In this document: piece after piece, positions 58,281 to 64,000 of the stretch | Layout: each line of letters starts with the position of its first letter | Numbering within the stretch: position 1 is the stretch's first letter | DNA from: an uncultured Alphaproteobacteria bacterium | GTDB lineage: Bacteria > Pseudomonadota > Alphaproteobacteria > CAAHEQ01 > UBA3637 | Assembly: GCA_944392555.1 (NCBI GenBank) | Contig: CALXWZ010000001.1 | Span: 65,810 to 129,809 of the forward strand | Length of the DNA: 64,000 nucleotides | Reading direction: 5' to 3' | Notes under the pieces: generated by a model | Database searches by the model: none | Seen by the model: only the letters and a program-made list of their open reading frames with translations | What the model was told of the DNA's origin: nothing | Position numbers and translations under genes: made by a program

Positions 58281-58904
58281 ATGTTTGCACCGCATTTAAG
58301 TGGTTCCCGTGTGGATTTACAGTTGAATTTCAAGGCACCGAATCTGTCCGAAAATGAAAAGAGTGTGAAAAAAGCGCGCGCCTTTTATGTTTTGTTACGG
58401 CGAAATATCCGACGCGTTCATTTTTTAGATGAATTTTGCGGTATTAAAGATGTTGTTCAGATGAAGGAAACAATGGAGGGATGGCTTCGTTCCGCTGAGG
58501 CAGACAGCAAGGCTGTTTATTATATTTATCCGCATGGAGAAGATCAATGCGTGGGTTGCTTAATGCTTAAAAAACAAGGAAATGTGGTTGAAACAAGCGC
58601 CTGGACGGATGTAGAACAAACGGGAAAAGGTTATTATGAGGATTCGCGTCGGGTTATGGAAAAGTTTTTGTTTGCCAATGGCGTTAAAGAAATTATCAGC
58701 CGATTTTATATCGGAAACCCTTCATGTGTTGCCGTTGAAAAGGGGTTGCGTCGCTTAAACTATGCGCCTTGCGAATTTAAAGGTATTGATACAAAGCCGG
58801 GTGATGAAAAAATTTTTAAAACGTATCACAAAACGGCAGAAATGTATGTTGCCGAAATGGCAAGAACGGTTCAACAAAAGTTGCATCGTGAAGTTTCGCG
58901 TTAA
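58281..58904 (+). CDS. Hypothetical protein (possibly acetyltransferase-like)
   Basis: 207 aa. Weak GNAT-like features only. Confidence 0.35.
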   Translation: MFAPHLSGSRVDLQLNFKAPNLSENEKSVKKARAFYVLLRRNIRRVHFLDEFCGIKDVVQMKETMEGWLRSAEADSKAVYYIYPHGEDQCVGCLMLKKQGNVVETSAWTDVEQTGKGYYEDSRRVMEKFLFANGVKEIISRFYIGNPSCVAVEKGLRRLNYAPCEFKGIDTKPGDEKIFKTYHKTAEMYVAEMARTVQQKLHREVSR

Positions 58905-58961
58905 ACTCATAAATTCGTGCGAAAAAGGGTTGGGACTTACTCGCTCCCATGTATCAAAATT

Positions 58962-59606
58962 TTAGAAAAGAGATTTATCTGTTAACGCATTATATCGTTT
59001 ACGAATACACTCAATGGCTGTTTTATGCACGCCGTTCAGTAATTCATAAAACACAAAACGACCGTTTCTGACGCACGTAACAAATTCATCATCTTTCATT
59101 TTTTTTAAAAATTGAGAAACTTTTAACGGTTCTAATCCAATTCCGGTTGCCAGTGTATTTACGTTACTCGGTCCGTTTAACAGCAAGTATTCCAAAATGC
59201 GCATTTTATCGTAATGGGCAAACAGTTTAATTCGGTTGGCTGCCATAGTTGTATAATCCCGAGGTAGGGCAACTTTATAACTTTCTTGCAAAAAATAAAA
59301 ATTATCCGTCATATATCCAAACAATTTACGCAGGCACACAAAGATACTGGCAGGATATTCTTCAGCAATGGCATAAAAAATAAAAATGCCTCGTCTTTTG
59401 GTTTTGACTAAATTGGCTTCCCGCAGTTTTTTTAGATTTTGCGATACAATCACTTGTTCTTCGCTCACGCCTTTTGTGATTTGCGAAACGGATGATTCGC
59501 CGTTTACATCTAAATATTCCAAAATGCGTAAGCGTAACGGATGGGCAATATATGAAATTCCCTTGGCCGCTTTTTGCATAATTTTGGGTGGTAGTTGCTC
59601 GGGCAT
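58962..59606 (-). CDS. Transcriptional regulator with two tandem ArsR-like winged-helix domains
   Basis: LRLRILEYLDVNGESSVSQI.. and MRILEYLLLNGPSNVNTLATGI.. are internal duplicates. Confidence 0.55.
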   Translation of the reverse strand: MPEQLPPKIMQKAAKGISYIAHPLRLRILEYLDVNGESSVSQITKGVSEEQVIVSQNLKKLREANLVKTKRRGIFIFYAIAEEYPASIFVCLRKLFGYMTDNFYFLQESYKVALPRDYTTMAANRIKLFAHYDKMRILEYLLLNGPSNVNTLATGIGLEPLKVSQFLKKMKDDEFVTCVRNGRFVFYELLNGVHKTAIECIRKRYNALTDKSLF

Positions 59607-59847
59607 TGTTTCTCCTTATATGCTCAATATATATCTTTTAATTGAATTAAGCAAGTTTATTTTATCGGGTTTCTCTTTCTTGAATTAAAACGCATTTTTA
59701 TCGCAAAACACTTCTTCTGTTCTTAGGAGAGAATAATGCTTTACGCGCATTACGGTAACCGTATCATACCGATATCGCTTGTATTGCGGAAAATGGTGAC
59801 TTGTTCTATCCTCCTCGCATCACGCAAAAAAAACGGTATATGGATTA

Positions 59848-61290
59848 CTAACTGCGTTCTTTTTTGATGAAAGCGCGCGCCATTGTATTGAGTTGTTTGT
59901 TTTGTGCGGAAACATTGAGATTCGCTTTTTGCATTTCCATGCGCTTCATAAAAAATTGTTTGAATTCAGGAGAAAAGTTTTCATCCAAATAATCAACAGG
60001 TTGTTTGCCTTCCGAGTTTTGCCATACCAGATTTGCGCCTTTTTGAATTAACAACGCTGCCAAGCGTTCATCTTTTCGCTTCATCGCATAAAAAATGCCC
60101 GGTTCCGTAATGCCGTTCGGATATGAATCCAGTTCCGTAATCGTCCAGGGATAATAGTGCACTGCTTCATTCGGATTGACACCTTTCCCTAAAAACATGC
60201 GGATAATCGGGAGTTCACCCCGTCGGATAGCAACGCTGTAAGGCGTATCCCCGTCAATATCTCGGCGACACATTGTTTCTTTTGTTGCCAGTTGGGCGCA
60301 TAAATCTTCTCCGTAAGAATAAGCCGCATAATAGAGTGCGTTTCTGCCCAAAAAGTCAACATCGGCAATGTTGATCTTTTGGTTATCGGTAAAGCGGATT
60401 GTATTTAGGCTATCATATCCGCTACCGAGTAAAAGCCGTGCGCAACTTTCATAGTTGGCTTGTTCCGAAAACGGAATCGGTTGCGAAAGCAGATAAGTCA
60501 ATATCGGCATTTGTTCGCCACCCTTTTTATAAATAACGTTCGGAATACGCAATCCGGCAGTAACTAAATATCTAAGACAGTTTATGCTCCCGTATTTTAA
60601 TACTTTTCGCAATGCAACCGGACAACCTTTTTCTTTTTGATTCGTATATTCTTGCCAATTTGTCGGCATGGTGTCCAAGTGAGCTCCATTTCTATGGAAA
60701 TAAGCCATCATATCAACATCATCTCCGCGTGCCGACATGGAAAGCGGTGTAATATCCAAATCGCTCAATAAATCAACCGATGCGCCGAATTTAAGTAAAA
60801 CGTCGGCCATGCGTTTATCGTGCCGACGCGCAGCCAAACTGAGCGGTGTTACCTGTCGCCAACGGTTATAATCTTTGCCTTGACTATCATATCCGCCTTT
60901 CAAGCGGGTGTAAGTATGGATATTCGGATTCGCTCCTTTGCGCAACAAGGCAGCCACAACCAATCGGCTGTTTCTGACCATTGCCACCCCCAACGGCGAC
61001 ATCCCTTGATCATCTTCTTGATTCACATTGATTTCGGGAGAGCGGAGTAATCTTTGAATCATGGCTCTGCCGATTTTAGTATTGATATAGCAAGCAGCAA
61101 TCAACGGCGTCAATCCGTAAGAGCCGGGTTCATTAACATCTTCCGTTCCAATCAATGTTTCAAAGCGCTGGTAATCTTGCTTTTGAATTGCCTTGATGAG
61201 CGGTGTATCTTCCTTGCTTGACGGTTCAAGTGAACTTTGAATAGCAATACCGCCGTTGACGTATGTTTTGGCACCTTTATCTTGTTGCAT
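59848..61290 (-). CDS. Ankyrin-repeat protein (at least 6 ANK repeats), no signal peptide
   Basis: Repeated G.TPL..A .. LL..GANPN units along the 480 aa. Confidence 0.75.
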   Translation of the reverse strand: MQQDKGAKTYVNGGIAIQSSLEPSSKEDTPLIKAIQKQDYQRFETLIGTEDVNEPGSYGLTPLIAACYINTKIGRAMIQRLLRSPEINVNQEDDQGMSPLGVAMVRNSRLVVAALLRKGANPNIHTYTRLKGGYDSQGKDYNRWRQVTPLSLAARRHDKRMADVLLKFGASVDLLSDLDITPLSMSARGDDVDMMAYFHRNGAHLDTMPTNWQEYTNQKEKGCPVALRKVLKYGSINCLRYLVTAGLRIPNVIYKKGGEQMPILTYLLSQPIPFSEQANYESCARLLLGSGYDSLNTIRFTDNQKINIADVDFLGRNALYYAAYSYGEDLCAQLATKETMCRRDIDGDTPYSVAIRRGELPIIRMFLGKGVNPNEAVHYYPWTITELDSYPNGITEPGIFYAMKRKDERLAALLIQKGANLVWQNSEGKQPVDYLDENFSPEFKQFFMKRMEMQKANLNVSAQNKQLNTMARAFIKKERS

Positions 61291-61368
61291 ATTTGCCTCC
61301 TGCTGATAAGTGGCTTTATTTTATCACAAGATTATCCGTATTGCAAGAAGAAACAACAAAAAAGTCTA

Positions 61369-62529
61369 TTATTTCGTCAAATTATGAATTTCGCCCATAA
61401 TGGCTTCCCCTTTTTGGGCATCAAAATAAATGCCGAGGTTGCCTTGCGCCAGTTGTTCGGCAATTTTCCCGAATACCGTATAGCGCCACCCTGTTAGAAA
61501 CGGGGCCTGTTTTTCGCGCACGTAATTTGCCAAGTCATCAGATGAAGCAATCAGGGAGGGTGCAATTTCTTCCCTATCGGCAACAATGGTAAGAGCAAAT
61601 TTTAAAATGCTTAACAAGTTCTTTTCGGCCACGCTCAAAGCACGCTCCGATTCGATATGCGGTAAATCGGAAGACTTGCATTTCAATGCTTCGTTGATGA
61701 TTTTAATAATGGCGTTGGCGTATGAGGAATTTTCAAAATTACTCGGAATACCGCGCATTTCCTTTAATTGCTCCGTATTTTGGGGATGCACGAGTGCCAA
61801 TTCCGCCAGTAATTCATCTTTTACCAAGTATCGGCGCGGACGATTCTTTGATTTTGCCAAATTCTCGCGCCATAAATAAAGTTTTTGATAAATCAAAATC
61901 GCAAGCGGTTTTGAAAAAGGGTAATGAATTTTGCGATATATTTGTTCGGGTGTTGGATTATAGGTTTCCGGATTTGTTAAAACAGCCAGTTCTTCTTGTA
62001 TCCAAGATAAGCGCTTTGTTTCTTCCAAACGCGCCGTTATTTTTTCATATACATCTCGCAAATATGTAACGTCGCATAATCCGTATTGAATCTGTTCTTC
62101 GGAAAGCGGGCGTCTTGCCCAATTCGTGCAACGCATACTTTTATCCAATCTAACGCCCAACAGTGTTTGAACTAACTGTCCGTAGGCCACATTCTCGCCG
62201 AATCCGCAAACCATTGCGCCGATTTGCGTATCAAAAACGGGGGAGGGAATTTCACCGCTTAAATGCAGAAAAATCTCAATATCCTGTCTGCCGGCATGAA
62301 ATACTTTTACAACATTCTTATTTTGAAATAACTCAAACAAAGCCGAAAGATTTATGTTCGGAGCCAATGGATCAATGCAATAAGCCTCATCTCGTGATGC
62401 GAGTTGAATAAGGCATAAATCGGGGTAATATGTTTTTTCGCGGATAAATTCCGTATCTACCGTCACATAGGGATATGTTGCAAATCGCCGACATACCTCT
62501 TGCAATTCATCTGTCGTTTCAATCATCAT
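61369..62529 (-). CDS. rnd: Ribonuclease D
   Basis: DTEFIREKTYYPDLCLIQLA. HRDC-like C-terminus. 386 aa. Confidence 0.85.
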   Translation of the reverse strand: MMIETTDELQEVCRRFATYPYVTVDTEFIREKTYYPDLCLIQLASRDEAYCIDPLAPNINLSALFELFQNKNVVKVFHAGRQDIEIFLHLSGEIPSPVFDTQIGAMVCGFGENVAYGQLVQTLLGVRLDKSMRCTNWARRPLSEEQIQYGLCDVTYLRDVYEKITARLEETKRLSWIQEELAVLTNPETYNPTPEQIYRKIHYPFSKPLAILIYQKLYLWRENLAKSKNRPRRYLVKDELLAELALVHPQNTEQLKEMRGIPSNFENSSYANAIIKIINEALKCKSSDLPHIESERALSVAEKNLLSILKFALTIVADREEIAPSLIASSDDLANYVREKQAPFLTGWRYTVFGKIAEQLAQGNLGIYFDAQKGEAIMGEIHNLTK

Positions 62530-62600
62530 GGGAATGTTTTTACCTTTTTTTTACTTGATTTGCAAGCAATTATTGCGTATAGCAAGTATTAAGGAGTTAA

Positions 62601-63776
62601 ATGATGAACAAAAAAGAGCTTATCACAAAAGATCTGGTTGAATTATTTAATATTTTTGATGATAATGTTCGATTGGTCGGGGGTTGCGTGCGCGATTATC
62701 TACTCGGCAAAAAGGTAAATGATTATGATTTGGCAACACCGCTTTGTCCAAAAACGGTTATTTCTCTTTTAAAACAAAATCATATTCCCGTTTACCCAAC
62801 AGGGTTGAAACACGGAACGGTAACGGCGGTATATAAAGGTATTCCTTATGAAATCACAACGTTGCGACGCGATATTTCGTCCGATGGACGGCATGCCGAT
62901 GTTGCGTTTGTGGATTCGTATGCAACAGATGCGCACAGGCGCGATTTCACCGTTAATGCGCTTTATATGGATAAAGCAGGCAATATTAGCGATTATACGA
63001 ACGGTTTGAAAGATTTGTCCGCGCGTAGAATCCGATTTATCGGCGAAGCGAATGCACGCGTGCAAGAAGACTTTTTGCGTATTTTGCGCTATTTTAGATT
63101 TTTGGCATTGTTCGGAACGAAAAGGATTGATGAAGAATCGTTATCGGCATGCCGAATCCATAAAAACGGCTTGTGCAGTATCTCGGTAGAACGAATCCGT
63201 GCGGAGATGATGAAGTTGCTCATGGGCAGATATGTGATAAATTCATTAAATTTGATGCAGGAAAACGGCGTGTTATCCGTTATTTTACCGAAAGCCGACG
63301 TAGGGCGCTTGGAGGCATTTTTGAAAAGTTATCCGCGTGCTGATAGTTTAATGCGTTTATCGGCATTAGTTGATTCTCCGAAAGACGTTGCGTGGAAATG
63401 GAGTAAAGCGGAGCGAAAGCAACTCGGCTTATACGGTGCAACGGTTCAAATCGGGAAAACGGAAGCCGAAAACCGCTATTTATTATGGAAAATCGGAAAG
63501 CCGGCTTATTTATTTCATTTACATATATTTCAACTAAATCATTCACTATCGGAATTAGAATTTCAAAAGTTCAAAAAAATCAAGATGCCTGTTTTTCCGA
63601 TTCGGGGAAGTGATTTATATGATTTGGGGTGGCGAGGTGCCGAAATTCACCGACAAATGCAACGAGCGGAAAAATTTTGGGTAGAGTTGAATTTTAGTCG
63701 GAAAAAAAGACTTGTCATTGAAAAACTTTTGTCTTATAATGAGAAAAAACCAGATGAGGGGAAGGATAAAAAATGA
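62601..63776 (+). CDS. cca: CCA-adding tRNA nucleotidyltransferase / poly(A) polymerase family
   Basis: LVGGCVRDYLLGKKVNDYDLAT ... RRDFTVNAL. Confidence 0.8.
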   Translation: MMNKKELITKDLVELFNIFDDNVRLVGGCVRDYLLGKKVNDYDLATPLCPKTVISLLKQNHIPVYPTGLKHGTVTAVYKGIPYEITTLRRDISSDGRHADVAFVDSYATDAHRRDFTVNALYMDKAGNISDYTNGLKDLSARRIRFIGEANARVQEDFLRILRYFRFLALFGTKRIDEESLSACRIHKNGLCSISVERIRAEMMKLLMGRYVINSLNLMQENGVLSVILPKADVGRLEAFLKSYPRADSLMRLSALVDSPKDVAWKWSKAERKQLGLYGATVQIGKTEAENRYLLWKIGKPAYLFHLHIFQLNHSLSELEFQKFKKIKMPVFPIRGSDLYDLGWRGAEIHRQMQRAEKFWVELNFSRKKRLVIEKLLSYNEKKPDEGKDKK

Positions 63777-64000
63777 GAGCAGTATCTTCGGAATCGGGCA
63801 GAAGTATGGTAGAGATGTTGGGTGTTATCGCCATTATCGGGGTGATTGCCGTTGGCGGAATAACGTCTATGTCGTATGTAGATTCATATTTCAGAACGAG
63901 CGCTACTTTGTTGGAAATAGATCAAGTTTCGCGCGATATTGATGATATGTGTTCCTGGTCCAGCAGTTATTCGGATTGCTTGACGGGTTATACAACGGAT
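63773..64000 (+). CDS. Type IV pilin-like protein 4 (5' portion; runs off the window)
   Basis: ATGA overlap with the cca stop. MRAVSSESGRSMVEMLGVIAIIGVIAVGG. Confidence 0.55.
   Translation, partial: MRAVSSESGRSMVEMLGVIAIIGVIAVGGITSMSYVDSYFRTSATLLEIDQVSRDIDDMCSWSSSYSDCLTGYTTD

Overview
This 64 kb window is a bacterial chromosomal segment, probably proteobacterial (kdsD-lptC/A-lptB LPS-transport cluster). Housekeeping genes (secA 3' end, adhE, grpE, rph, rdgB, truA, fmt, def, infA, uvrB, hemW, hpf, ptsN, rnhA, pfk, rnd, cca, tRNA-Val/Arg/Pro) are interspersed with several AT-rich accessory blocks. GC content was judged by eye: core roughly 45-50% GC, accessory blocks visibly lower. Organism identity is not determined. 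The accessory blocks are: (1) a family of type IV pilin-like genes with a non-canonical prepilin leader (..ESG|RSMVEML..). Two of these cassettes carry a duplicated TTGCAA-17-TAGAAT promoter, a conserved structured 5' leader of about 130 nt and a conserved terminator, and are separated by 38-bp tandem repeats. A (C)10 tract lies upstream of the third pilin-like gene. (2) A block of signal-peptide-less candidate effector proteins (24.4-30.8 kb): a coiled-coil protein, two paralogues sharing a near-identical Glu-rich C-terminal ~56 aa, and an HExxH metalloprotease-like protein. Two ankyrin-repeat proteins lie elsewhere. (3) An AT-rich defence island placed next to tRNA-Pro(GGG). It carries a DpnII-like three-gene GATC restriction-modification system plus a possible AIPR-like abortive-infection gene. 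It is bracketed by three copies of a 200-bp repeat, each beginning with the 3'-terminal ~20 nt of tRNA-Pro. (4) An adjacent AT-rich cluster of a P-loop kinase-like protein, a second Ham1/ITPase-like protein, a small unknown protein and a Nudix hydrolase. (5) An HTH-S24 peptidase (LexA/CI-like) gene translationally coupled to a polytopic membrane protein gene. No CRISPR array, rRNA or integrase/transposase gene was recognised. Coordinates that I counted by hand (tRNAs, promoters, terminators, repeats) may be off by +/-1-2 nt.
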